Below are positions 11,375 to 22,784 of a stretch of DNA of 64,000 nucleotides, piece after piece (position 1 is the first letter of the stretch; the number at the start of each line of letters is the position of its first letter). The stretch is taken from assembly GCA_000091205.1 (NCBI GenBank), contig AP006485.2; one strand, given 5' to 3'. The notes beneath the pieces were generated by a model. It had not been told where the DNA came from, did no database searches, and saw only the letters and a list, made by a program, of their open reading frames with translations. This DNA comes from Cyanidioschyzon merolae. Lineage: Eukaryota. The position numbers and the translations under genes were made by a program.

Positions 11375-11933
11375 GGATCCAAACTGAACACTGAACTGTT
11401 CACTCACATCCTCTCTACCAGGTTTTCCGAGTATTTTTCGTGGACAGCCCCGCCGTGCAACGAGCACCAACAACAGCTTACACATTCATGCACAGCTCAA
11501 GGATTCCCGATCGCCTCTTCAACGATAATTACCCGACGTCATCGCTCGGCGGCATCCTCTCAAGCTTATGCCGAAACTCCACTGATCTTGTCACGCCAAA
11601 GAATAACCCATTCCGTTCTAGAGACAAACCCTCATCCGCTCTTCGCTGCCGTCCACCATACACCGTTCCACTCCAGAATGATGCGCCTCACGGAGTCCGC
11701 GCCCTCGAGCGCAACCCGAACCGTTTAAAGGTCGACGCTAAGGCAGCCATGAGCACCCTTCGACTGCTGCCAGGGTGCCGGAGGGACGCAAGAGCCCAGC
11801 TCATAGAAAGCCGGATTTGGGGGCAGGAACGAGGATTATGAACAGAAGCTGAAAGAGACCGGAAATGCTGGTGAGGATGGCAACGGGAAGCGATCCCAGC
11901 TGTAGAATGTGTGCCCAAAATAGGTGAGTGGAC
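11375..11933 (+). repeat. R1 interspersed repeat, copy 4, variant B. It lies about 40 bp upstream of a 93-aa ORF at 11971-12252.
   Basis: Same variant as copy 2. It ends GTGAGTGGACATGATCCTTTTTCTTCTGGCATCAG. Confidence 0.85.
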
Positions 11934-13272
11934 ATGATCCTTTTTCTTCTGGCATCAGAGTAGCCGGCTGATGTATGCGAGTCACCTTCGACCGCAACAA
12001 TTCCGATTTATGCAATGCTGTAAATGGAGCATGCATGAGCGACTGCAGTGGGAGCACCTATCAGTCGAGCAAGCGTTCTTCTTTAGAGCTTTTATGCAGC
12101 ACACGGGGCCTCTTTTGCTGATGACTGCTTCTGTCGGAGATCTTTTGAGCTGGGCTGAACCTGCACAGCGGGAACGTTTAGAGGAATGTTGCGCAGACCA
12201 TTACCCGGATTTTGAGACTAGCGTAGCTGCTCCAAATAGATGCCATTGGTGAATATTGTGTTCCAACTCAATTTCGTTTCAATTCCGCTGCGGAGTATAA
12301 CAGGAAATCGAAATCACTATGCAATGTATGGATTAGAGCGCAGACGAATTTCCTAAAGGATGTATTCTTTATCGAGCAGTGCGATGAGGACTGCACTCCT
12401 TGTTCAGGTTATTCATGCCCCAGTACTCAGATGCCAGGGAACACTGAAAGAAACGAGTAGATGCGCTTCAGGCAGAAAACCGATTCTCTCGAAGACTGCT
12501 TGCAGGTCAATGGTAAGAAAAGACATGTTGATCACGTAATGGTAAGCAAAGCGCGACGACTGCAGACGCCACTGGCGTCTCTTTTTCTCAACAGCCTGTC
12601 CGCGTGGTCCTGCAAACACCGGGATGAAGTCCCAAAAAAGTCCCACTTCACTCACGGCCATCTTCCATCGAAATCGCAAAGACAGATTATCATGATATTC
12701 GCGATCCGCATGGAGCAGAGGAACGTCGATTTGTTTTCTCAGACGATGATAGTTCCTTCGGCAGAGGTAGTCCGAGCGTATACGTTGTTTCTCGGAGATG
12801 TGGCCTTTGTATGTAAGATCGAACTTGAAGTGAACTCCGACATCATCTGTTCTAGCTGCAGTGGATTCTTTTAGAGGCCCCAACTTCGCTCATAGAGAAG
12901 GCTTATACAACAGCGTCCACGTTGTCGAATTATTCAAAACTTGTACTTGACTTCTGGGGACGTCCATCTTTTAGACTACCTGGCAAGTGGCCATTACCCT
13001 TGCGTTCGAGCTATTGCGGATTCTGTCCGTTTTGAACTGCCTTCTTTCTCTCTTTACACTTCGTTTTACAACCCTATCGAAGGAGTATTTTGTATCCAAA
13101 AACGCAATGATCGCTCCGTTGCGCGAACCGGCCAGGCGTTCAGAATGGTGGCACACTAGAGCACATTTCGTCTTCTCCCGCAAGTTCTTCTTGCCCCGGG
13201 GAAGTCCTCACCTGAACATATGAAGAAGTTCGTTCATTTTCAAATGTAATCTGGATAAGGGAAAGTAAGGGT

Positions 13273-15348
13273 ATGGAAGGTGAGGATCCTGGAAGGCTGA
13301 CGTCGACCGCTGCTAGAAAAAGACGAAAAACAGTTTTAAACCCGGAAGAACAAGACAATACGAAGAAGCAAATAGAGAGGTCAGACTTCAAAGGCTGCAC
13401 AAAAGGCGACATTACGACGAGACGGTGGTGGAAGCAAGTCTTATTGGACATATCAAGGGTCTCCACGAGCCAAATTTGCAAGAGGCCATCACGAACTGTT
13501 CTGAGTCGTGCTCCAGTAATATTTGCAACGCTTCTTCAGGTCTGATGCATTTGGTCAGGGAGATGTATCGCGACGTGACGCATGTGGAAGCGGTTGAGAT
13601 TCCGGACGAGTTCTTCGACAAGACCTTTATTCGTCACCTAATATTTGGCACAGGAGGAACCTCGACGTGAGACAATCGCTTGCTCGCCTTCTACGAATAT
13701 CACGCCGAATGCCGCTCCGACGGTACTCGATACAGGGGTTACCGGGATATTTACAGCCATGGAGCGATGGATTACCTCACGAACCTCAAGAACCATTTGA
13801 CAATGAACCTCGAAAGCTTCATGATTCGCTCCACCTTTGCATTCTACCGGGACCTGTCTCGCAAAGGAATATGGGCCATCATCGGTGTCATCACGAACGA
13901 CCCCATCATGAGGATGAGATCGAATTCCTAGACAAGAAGACGCCATTCTGGAGAACTAATGAAGGTTCTGTAATCCGTGTGGCTCTCGACGACCACCGTG
14001 CGGTACTTGGACTGGCGAATCCAGTAGAAAAGGCATCAGATATGCTAAAAGATGAAAAAATATTACCCCCTCATCCTGCACTCTTTCGTGATCCTGAACT
14101 GAGAGCTCGAACGCAAGGCCGGAATGGAGCACGGCCTGAAAGCAGATAGAGACGAAGAAGCGGAAGGGTTTTCTGCACGAGAAGCTTTAACTTCGTCCCA
14201 TTTTTCACAATCAAGTCATACTTTGTGACAATCGACTTGTGAGTCCTTTATGGCACAATGGAATCTGTCCGAAGTTCGATGTAAGCAGGGAGGAATTTAT
14301 AGGCGAGAACAGGGAGCCTTATTGGAAGAATATCTTCGATTTCAAATGTCTCGAAACGAGCAGGAAAACTTATTTGCCGGGACAATCGAACACGATGGAG
14401 TATGCAAACGTGTTCACTGTAGTAGCTTGAAGGTGGATCGTCGTATTTTGTCTTCGTTGTCGCCCATGAAGAGCCATGTAGGAAACAAGGAGGCGGGCTC
14501 TACTACGCAGGAAGTGCAGAAGAACGACTTCATTGTAAGCGTGGACCCAGGGAACACGAATATCGTTACCATCGCGGCATCCAAGTGCCGAAAAGATGGC
14601 GTCGATGGCAACTTATGCCAGAAAGACATGCGTCTTTTAAAGTTCTCGAGAGCGAGAAAACACGGAGAATCGGGAATAATGAATGCAAGGAAGAAAAGTG
14701 AGACGTGGGACACAGGAATGAAAGAGCATCTGGAAGCGATCATCCAGGTGACGAGTCGTGGAGCGGACTTTGAAGTTTTGCGAGAATTCATAAAATTTCA
14801 GAATGCTCATGACGAGGAGCTGTGGAAAGAGGATACAAAGCCGCTATGGGCTCGTCAGCGACTGAATCTGCTCGGAGGGAGGCAGCGTGCATTCGCCAAC
14901 TTTTTTCAATGAGTTGAGCGCCCTCAAGGAGGACAAGAGTCAAAGCTTGGTGATAGCATACGGAGCAGGGCACTGGGTGACCCAAAAGGGGAGCATACCA
15001 GCTCCATCGAAAAGAGCGCACAAGGAGTGCGCACTCCCTTTCGAAGTGATACCGGTGTATAAATTCCGAACCACATACCTGCATCATGAGGTGGGATGCA
15101 CAATTCAGAGGGGCGAAATAGAGAAAAGCAAGCGGAGCGCTGATAGAGCAGGAAATAGCACAAGGGGCACGAGTTCGAGAACCTCTTCCATTAGTCAGGT
15201 CAAGCAGCGGCAGGAAACGAATGGAATTCGTGAATTGAGACTTGAAACTACCTATAATATCAGGAGATGTGCGGTGCTTGAAGGGAGATCTCCGGAGCTG
15301 ACGCGAACGAACTTTGTGGAGCAGCCTCCGGGGCTCAATTTGTATTAG
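13273..15348 (+). mobile_element. Fanzor/TnpB-like RuvC nuclease locus. Several adjacent ORFs in different frames suggest a pseudogene, or unannotated introns.
   Basis: ORF 13273-13545 carries a basic NLS-like RKRRK. ORF 14250-14912 has FIVSVDPGNTNIVTIAA, a RuvC-I of the Fanzor IDPG type. ORF 14887-15348 has LVIAYGAGHW (RuvC-II position) followed by EVIPVYKFRTTYLHHEVGC, which corresponds to the EFRTS…C zinc-finger segment. No clean RDxNAAxNI follows in that frame. Confidence 0.5.
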
Positions 15349-15570
15349 GAGAAGCTGAAGCCGGCAGCACGGCTGCGGACGAAACAGGTAGGGAGGTGCC
15401 TGCAGCTAGATACTAATTTCGCTTCCATGGTTGCGAAACTTTTTCGTTTCGAGAGGAGTTGACTCGCTGCGGTTTTTTCGCCAAAATCGTGGCTGCGAAG
15501 TCTCCGGAGAGCAGGCATTTTCAATAGTAAATTTAACAGCTTCCAAAGGTCCGACAGTTCCTTTCGCGGA

Positions 15571-18027
15571 ATGGAGTCGGACGACGAAGTGATAACTTGC
15601 GATGGACGGAGTGCGCTTCCTTCCTTAGCAGCGTACTCAGACGTTTCGGAGCATGTTGAACCGCTCATCAGATCGAAAGCTCTCCGTTTATACGAAGACC
15701 TGTTTTTGGCCTGCTCGGAGTGTCCGGATAGGTTTCCTTTCAACATCGCGATGGGCCTTCACGACTTGTATGTTTCGATTTTTCGGGCTCTAGCGGAAAC
15801 AGCCTCGGATCCAGGAGACTCTAGCGAACTCGGGAAATTACTTGCAGACCTGAGGTCTCAGCGTAATCTCTGGCTCTTATTGCACATCATGGACAACGCT
15901 GATTGTGAAGCTCGTAGAACAGTTTCTCAAAAACGTATGTCGCCCATGTGCACTCGGAGAGAGCGTCCTGCTGCTATCGACCAGCTCTCACGACAGATCT
16001 CGATTGATGGAAGCGGGTTCCTACCAAATCCGCTCGAAACGCTCCCCATGGTCACTTCCTGTCGTCGAGTGCTGGAGTGGCTGGAGCGTACGTCTGCACT
16101 GGACCTCGACTCCTCCATGGGGGCACACTATGCTGCACTGGCTGAGCTGGGAAGTCTGTGGGATCCGTCATATCGCTGGGGGCTCTCCCTGACCAACGGC
16201 ACTGCATTTGACATGGACGCTCCGTTTCGTGGTGATCTGCGGCTAGCTGATGAGGATTTAGAGGCCGATGAGCGAATCTGCCGGGCTTGCTTTGGCCTTC
16301 TCCGCTGCGGTCGACTAGAGCATGCTCTAGAGCTGCTGCGACGCACTGGTCAGCACTGGAGGGCGGCGCTTTTCCAGGGAGGCCATTCTGCAGCCCTGGA
16401 AGCGGCCGACGGATCAGATGGTTCGCACTGGATTCTTTGGCGAAAGATGGCTCGTGACATCTCGAAGCTGGATGTGCAGAACTTTTGGGAGCGTTCAATA
16501 CTCTGCCTGCTCTCGGGAGGAGCGGTGCCAGTATCTCTGCTTGACGCACCATCCATGGAGGATCGGTTATGGGTTCGACTTTGGAGCCTTTTAGATGAAT
16601 TCATCGGAAGTCGATTGGCCATCCTGTTGCGAGCCAGTACCAACCAAAGCACGTACTTGGAATCTCAGAAGCCGTCGAGCATTACATCATCCGAGGAGAC
16701 AATTTTTTCAACTGCTTCGGACATTCCAAACGAAAGTTTGTTTAAGGCTATCAAGGAAAGTGGGACTCGGGCAGACTCATCAAGGGCCGCGCAGCTTTTC
16801 GCCATTTTGCCACTAATAGTCGATCCGAGCACACGCTCGCAGGAAGAAATCCTTCGCACTTTACTGAAGAATGCCCGTGACACGTCAGAGTCACCGTCAG
16901 ATTTTCCGGATGATTCGAGCGATGAGCGGATTGTAAGCGACCTATCCCATTTTTCGCTCTGCATTGCCACTCATCTCCATTGGTATCTAACCGCTTCGAA
17001 ATCGGATGGTTGCTGCTCGGAGACGCACCTTTTAGGGGACTTACTTCTATGTGCTTTTATTCAACGGTTAAGAGAGTTTAGCGGGAAATGTGAATCATTT
17101 CTCGACTTACTGGCGCGTTATACTTTGGCCATTTCTGCAAAAGAGCTGCGAATTAGGGCAGTTATCCGTCTCTTATGGAACAGTCCCATCGCTGAAATCC
17201 GTGACATAATTTCTGCGGTTGATGAAGTTTCGCGTTCTAATGAAGAGGCCGAAATATTCGCAGATATTGTTCTTGAGTTTTGGAGCTTTGCTTGGACGCA
17301 TGTTCGGGAACAGCTGCGCTCTGGAGTGGGATCCGTCGATGAAAAGGACCTCCACAGGCTAGAGTATTGCCTCGATCTGCTCAAGGAACTTGGTGATAAC
17401 TTTGCTAGCGTCCACGCTTCCAGTTTAATGCAGGTTATAAGAGAATTTTACTCAAAAGATCAAATTTCAGCTACGAAATCGATGATACGGAGAGAGCGCG
17501 AGAGTGGCCATCCAAATATAAGGCTCCAAGAGGACGCAGAGTGGCAGTGCTGGTGCGCGCTTCTTGAAACAGAGGATCTCTACCTGCAGTGGACGGACTA
17601 TATGTTCGACCGAGGCCCCACTCGAAGACCCCGAAGACCGCAGAGTGACGACATCTCCGAGCTTGAATCGTACGAGATATCATTGCGTGAGTGGCTCAAG
17701 GGAGTTGATGATCTTGCTCTCCAAGCACTACACAGCTGCTTGAACTTGCTGCATGCAATTGCCTATCTTATACACGACCGGAATCTCGAATCCAGCTCGT
17801 CCGATCTAAGTTTTTGTGTCCGAATATGGTGCTCAAATCTTCTCTCCAACGTCTACGAAATCTCACAGAACCCAACGGCGTGTCGAGTCTTACCGCGTCG
17901 CGCAGACGTTTTTGTGGACTTGATGAGCTTCATTCCCCCCGAGACGCTTCGCTTATTGACGCAAAGATTAGGTCATGCTTGGACTGTCGTCAGGACGCGA
18001 AAGGAGCTGTCCATGTATGATCAATGA
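15571..18027 (+). CDS. Large alpha-helical protein of unknown function (818 aa). A nucleoporin-like scaffold is possible but unsupported.
   Basis: A single uninterrupted ORF with its ATG at 15571. It is helical and repeat-rich, and I recognised no catalytic motif. Confidence 0.4.
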   Translation: MESDDEVITCDGRSALPSLAAYSDVSEHVEPLIRSKALRLYEDLFLACSECPDRFPFNIAMGLHDLYVSIFRALAETASDPGDSSELGKLLADLRSQRNLWLLLHIMDNADCEARRTVSQKRMSPMCTRRERPAAIDQLSRQISIDGSGFLPNPLETLPMVTSCRRVLEWLERTSALDLDSSMGAHYAALAELGSLWDPSYRWGLSLTNGTAFDMDAPFRGDLRLADEDLEADERICRACFGLLRCGRLEHALELLRRTGQHWRAALFQGGHSAALEAADGSDGSHWILWRKMARDISKLDVQNFWERSILCLLSGGAVPVSLLDAPSMEDRLWVRLWSLLDEFIGSRLAILLRASTNQSTYLESQKPSSITSSEETIFSTASDIPNESLFKAIKESGTRADSSRAAQLFAILPLIVDPSTRSQEEILRTLLKNARDTSESPSDFPDDSSDERIVSDLSHFSLCIATHLHWYLTASKSDGCCSETHLLGDLLLCAFIQRLREFSGKCESFLDLLARYTLAISAKELRIRAVIRLLWNSPIAEIRDIISAVDEVSRSNEEAEIFADIVLEFWSFAWTHVREQLRSGVGSVDEKDLHRLEYCLDLLKELGDNFASVHASSLMQVIREFYSKDQISATKSMIRRERESGHPNIRLQEDAEWQCWCALLETEDLYLQWTDYMFDRGPTRRPRRPQSDDISELESYEISLREWLKGVDDLALQALHSCLNLLHAIAYLIHDRNLESSSSDLSFCVRIWCSNLLSNVYEISQNPTACRVLPRRADVFVDLMSFIPPETLRLLTQRLGHAWTVVRTRKELSMYDQ

Positions 18028-18081
18028 AACGAAAATGTTCTGACCATACAGTGCATAAATACATCCACTTCCAAACGCCTC

Positions 18082-19337
18082 CGAGCCTCGTTTGACGGCC
18101 CCCGGCTACCTGCTTGAGCTTTCCCTTGAGCAAATCGAGCGTGAGAGGCTGCCCTACAAAATTTGACCGCCCCAGCTCCTCGGGGCTCGTATTCTGCACC
18201 ACACGTCGTCTGATATGGATGGACGCAATGAAGTCTCGGCTCTCGAACTCCACACGTTTATTGCCTCTGGTGGAACTCGCAATTGCAAGGATAGGTAGAC
18301 CTCGTGCACTCTGTGCCACTGCGGCTTCGTCATGCTCTCATTGCGCGAACACATTTCCCCACCTATCTCCCCTTTTCTTACCCTTCTTCTTCGTCACTTG
18401 CTCTTCTTCGCTCGATTGCCGGCGAGAAGAGGATTTTTCGTCCATCCCCGACTACCGAAGATAACCGCATTCCGGGGCCCACGAGTTGCGTATCGATACC
18501 GTTCCCTTGGAATTTTCGTTTCTTCAACTGAAGACACTGCTCTATGCCGTTAGGTGAGGACCTTCCCGCACCGAGCAGCACATGCGGAAGAAAGACAAAA
18601 TGCGCCCCGATGTGTCACCGTGCGCTGAATGCTTCAGCGATTCGCCCGGTGGAACGGTCATTAGGTCTCACGATAGAAAACATTCCGCCGATGCAGTTGG
18701 AACACGGAGCGCACGGAGGAATGAAAAGCAGCTTTGCCCCGAGAGAATCAGCAAAAGCTCGACCGCAAGGGTAATAATGAAATGTCACGCTGTCCAAGAG
18801 AAGAATATCGCCAGACGCCAGGGGAAAAGTCTTTTGTGATTTGACGAAGTGGTTGGTGCTGCTGTATGAGCCTTCTCTACGAGCGAAAACCGAGGCATCC
18901 AAATGAATCCACTCTAGCGAGAAGAGATTGGTCCGCGCTCTCTTCGGGTTCGATCGTGGATACATGGGGCTCCCTGCCCCGCGAATACCCATGTACATTC
19001 CGACCGATTCTTCTGGAACAAGTCTCATTGGCTGGAAAAATGAACCGACGTCCCTAAGGATCATACCGATTGAGACGTTCTAGGAACACTGTAGATGCGA
19101 TTTTGGTGCAAGATGGCCGTGACTGACGTTGGAACTTTTCTGCGATTGTACCCATCGTTTTCAGGATCAGACGAATTTGCTGTTAAGAAACAGAGATGCC
19201 CCAGGTGGCTTCGATTGAGGGTTTTACTTTCAGCAAAAGATTATCAATGATCCGTTTTCTACCATTTACAGAAACCAGTCCTTGAGAATGATAGTTTTTG
19301 AGCGCAGCTCGTATACTTGTTTCGTTCAGTGGCCCTC
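18082..19337. repeat. R2 repeat, copy 1 (1.26 kb). It is near-identical to 34093-35353.
   Basis: The ORF translations on both strands are identical apart from a few substitutions (IRSHDRKH/IRFHDRKH, VRPNDRS/VKPNDRS). The flanking sequences differ. Confidence 0.85.
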
Positions 19338-19545
19338 GACCATCTGGTTTCTGTGGTGTGACTGACCTTAATGTGGAAACCAGTCTTTCTTGCATTATTA
19401 TGTAAAGAATCTATTCTACAGGCGATTAATCTAAGATCTATGAGGTACGTTCGATAGTGACTTCGATCTCCCGCTAAATACCGCAGTAATTTGGAAAAGA
19501 ATTGAGCTAGAAGAGTCGAATAATATTACAAAAGCGCGCCACTGG

Positions 19546-20415
19546 ATGACGCCTTTCAAAAACCTCTTGGCAGCTTTTCTTCCAGCGGTAATGGACTTTA
19601 GCGCTGCTTCAGGAGGAGACGACCACTTGAATCATTTATATGAGAAAGGCCTGCTCGTGAGGCCCGGAGATTTGCGTAGAGTTTTGAACGAAACTTCTCA
19701 GTGTACTCCCAACGGTCTCTACCAAGCTGATGGTACGGGCATAGTACGCTCGGCCCGAGTACAGCAGAGAAGGCTTATAGTGTTGTTGCCCGCAATCCTG
19801 CAGATTGAGACAGTAAAGGGAACCGGAAACGATGAGTCGGACAAGTTGCTGACTTTTGGTTGGATAACGGGAATGAAAACAGCCACACCGCACTTGAACT
19901 TTCTCCGCACAGATGGACGTCACGTATGTCTTAGAGGACGTTTTATCCGTCCAAGAAATACAATTTTGATCCTGAAAAATATGAGTGGATTCCAAAGAAA
20001 GCGTCTACTTCGAGTAGAAGATGTCATCGAGGAAGTTCTTGTTTTTGATGGGCAATTGATAGAGACGGATGATCAAGGTCATCCTTCAGATAGACCAGAG
20101 CACATAAGGGCAGTGCGTCGCATAGCGTGCGCTACACCGAAAATTGTGGTGACTGCAGATAATGCAGCACCTGGCCAATCCGGAGGTCCTAGCGTACCAG
20201 AAAATATGCAAGGAAGACATGTGGGGCAGGCGCTTGAGTGTACCTTAGTCTGCGAGGAAATGCGCGCCCGTGGTGAGCTATCACGAATCCCTGCCGGAGG
20301 TTTGACTGGACATCTCTCTGAGGAGGAGCAACTTCAACTGAGTGAACAGCATAAGAGGCTCTATACGGTGATAGAGGAAACGTTTGCTGCCCATGCTATG
20401 ATTGATATGAACTGA
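19546..20415 (+). CDS. Hypothetical protein (289 aa)
   Basis: Uninterrupted ORF with its ATG at 19546. I recognised no motif. Confidence 0.35.
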   Translation: MTPFKNLLAAFLPAVMDFSAASGGDDHLNHLYEKGLLVRPGDLRRVLNETSQCTPNGLYQADGTGIVRSARVQQRRLIVLLPAILQIETVKGTGNDESDKLLTFGWITGMKTATPHLNFLRTDGRHVCLRGRFIRPRNTILILKNMSGFQRKRLLRVEDVIEEVLVFDGQLIETDDQGHPSDRPEHIRAVRRIACATPKIVVTADNAAPGQSGGPSVPENMQGRHVGQALECTLVCEEMRARGELSRIPAGGLTGHLSEEEQLQLSEQHKRLYTVIEETFAAHAMIDMN

Positions 20416-21886
20416 ATTACGCAAGACATTGCTGTCATCGGGATGTCGCATCATATGGCACGGAAGCTTCCCATTAAGGACTCATGAGACAAATCACAAT
20501 TGCTGCTTCATTAACTGGGCCATAACGTGTGCCATTTTCAGCTGTTTGGACATCCGTAAGGCGCAGCAGCAAAAGTGCCTGCCGAGGGAGACGCTTGTCC
20601 AAATACGAGGCAGTAGACCAAACGAGAATTACGTTTCCATCTCGGTCGCATGCCAATTTCGTCCTGAGCGTTTTTTTAAACATGATGCAGACGACGTTTT
20701 GTACTTTCTGGGAGATGGTGGCCGTGGAAAGCTCTGAAACGAGTTTGAGAATCAGGGAGCGTGTATCATTTATTTCGTCGTTCCTCTCATTATCTGGAAT
20801 TGAGTGTCTTATGTGCGCATCTAAGAGCATGAATGTAATATATAAGAATGGGTCGAATCAACTTCGCAAGACCGGAGAACTACTGGGCGACAGCAAATTA
20901 CGATTTCTTTCAGAGTCCGGCGTAGTTGTGGACTAAGTGTGGGACGCCCGCAGATCTTTGTCAAAAGGTGCCTCTACATTTGATTTATGCACAGCTATGC
21001 GGAACTGTTTGCAAACAGTGAAGAATATAGCGGATTATAAGAGGCTGAGAGCAGATAATCTTTTGCTTAAAATGCTTAATCAGAACGGACCACGCGAAAT
21101 TTCAGACAAGCTTTGTGGTTGCAAAGAGAAGTGGACCACCGTGATCGGATCTTACGCAGGCCAAATTCGAGTTCGCAGCAGGGCACGGAAATTTGGCTGT
21201 TTCATTACGTAAAGGTTAGTGAAGGGGATGCACCCCTCTGAGTTACATTCATTCAGACTGTGGGGTTTATAGCTTGACTGTGACAGTAAGAAAGTAAGTC
21301 CGAAAGCTGCGTGTGCGTTTTCGTCGCAGAGAAGGGCGATTCATAAACAAATATGTTTCTTGCCAGATATTGTGACGTATTCGAGATACACAGAAACCGC
21401 GATCTTCTTCCTTCTAAACCAGCTTCCATGAAGCGAGCGAACAACGTGTCCCTCTGAGCCTGGATAGCAGCGTTCATGGTTTGCATCAAGAATCACTCAG
21501 TGCCAAGAGAGCGTGATGAGCAACTCGCACTTCGTGGATTGATGATAATGGAGGCCCTTATTCGATCAAACGCAAAGATGTACATTTGCAAAGTGGAGGA
21601 CTCGTACACCTAAATATTTTTCACTGTTCAGCGAGTATGTTGCGCCAAGTGAGCATACAAATCAAAAAAAATGCGTGAAAAAATTGCCGCATCCATCTTC
21701 AAGGCGACCAACATTGGCGTATAACGATGCGCATAAGTGCAATGGCGGGAAACGCAGAAATCAGCTGTCCCTACAGATATTCCCTTTTAAAGCAAACAGA
21801 ACAGAGGGAGGAAATGGCATGAAATCTGCAAGGGTAACAGTGTAGGGGCAGGACCCTGTGGGTACCATTTGCTCACGCGCTAGGGT

Positions 21887-22489
21887 ACCGAAGTCAGCAC
21901 TAAATGGAAAAGATCTACGCAGACTGACACCGGCGTACATTCTCGTGTTTGGGTTGCTTCCCAATGAAGTCCAAACCAGCCTTTGAAGTATTTTTCTCTA
22001 CATCCGCTTCCTTCTTGCTCGATCCTGGTACCGACTTTAAATACGCTTGTTTCACATACAACTCCAGTTTTGATGGTAGCAGCCGAAAGATGTTGATGGC
22101 AGTGTTAGGGTCCCTGTTTCGGTGCCTCCGCCTGTAGTCCCAGCATTTGATGCTCATATGGCATTTGCCATCTGCGTTGAGCTCGCCAGTTTTATAATCG
22201 CTGTACATTGCCTCGTTGCGCTCTTCGTGGATGTGAAACTATTCTGCGGTTAGGTGTTCCTATGCGTCCACCACAGCTCGCAATCCGTGGGCGGCCCTGT
22301 GGCGCTTGAATGCTTGCGTCAGCGTATGGTCCACGTCGTTGATGGGTACAGAAGGCTCTCCTCGGTGCCGTCCGCCAATTCCGCGCCCGATACCGTACCC
22401 AGCAATCAGGAGCTTTTTCCGCACGACAACCTCAACGAGTGTTCTGTCCGGCGCACACGCAAGTTTATGGTCTTATTTTTCGTAAGGGC
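21887..22489 (-). mobile_element. Fanzor/TnpB-like 3'-terminal fragment (copy b). It is a 5'-truncated duplicate of the element at 26489-27600.
   Basis: ORF 21915-22208 (-) reads ...ELNADGKCHMSIKCWDYRRRHRNRDPNTAINIFRLLPSK, a CxxC zinc finger plus RuvC-III. Just upstream on the - strand, LIAGYGIGRGIGG sits at the RuvC-II position and is separated by a stop codon. Homology with copy c ends at 22489. Confidence 0.55.
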
Positions 22490-22784
22490 ACCATTCGGAA
22501 CGCTGGAGGGGTCCTATTCTCCCCTGACGAGAAGACCGGATCACGTGCTGGGATCAAATTGAAATTGGCGTTGCGATTTTGCGCTTTGCCGACAAATTAA
22601 ATTCGATGGCCGAAACCATTTCCGAAAGTTTGCGCATTGCCCGCTGGTATTCACAGAAATTTACTAGAATATTGTTCGGAGAAAGAGTCATTTTTATTGT
22701 AAAATGCTTTACGTTCGCATCGATATTATTCCCGACGGATAATTTACTTCAGGAAATGTTTGGCACGCCTCTACCGCGCGGTCT

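Noticed and set aside
12413-12883. A 156-aa - strand ORF and an overlapping 137-aa + strand ORF just upstream of the Fanzor-like locus. I considered them a possible transposase fragment of the host element.
   Set aside because: No DDE, HUH or other transposase motif is recognisable. Two antisense ORFs of similar length make either one unreliable. I left it unannotated and did not call it part of the mobile element.
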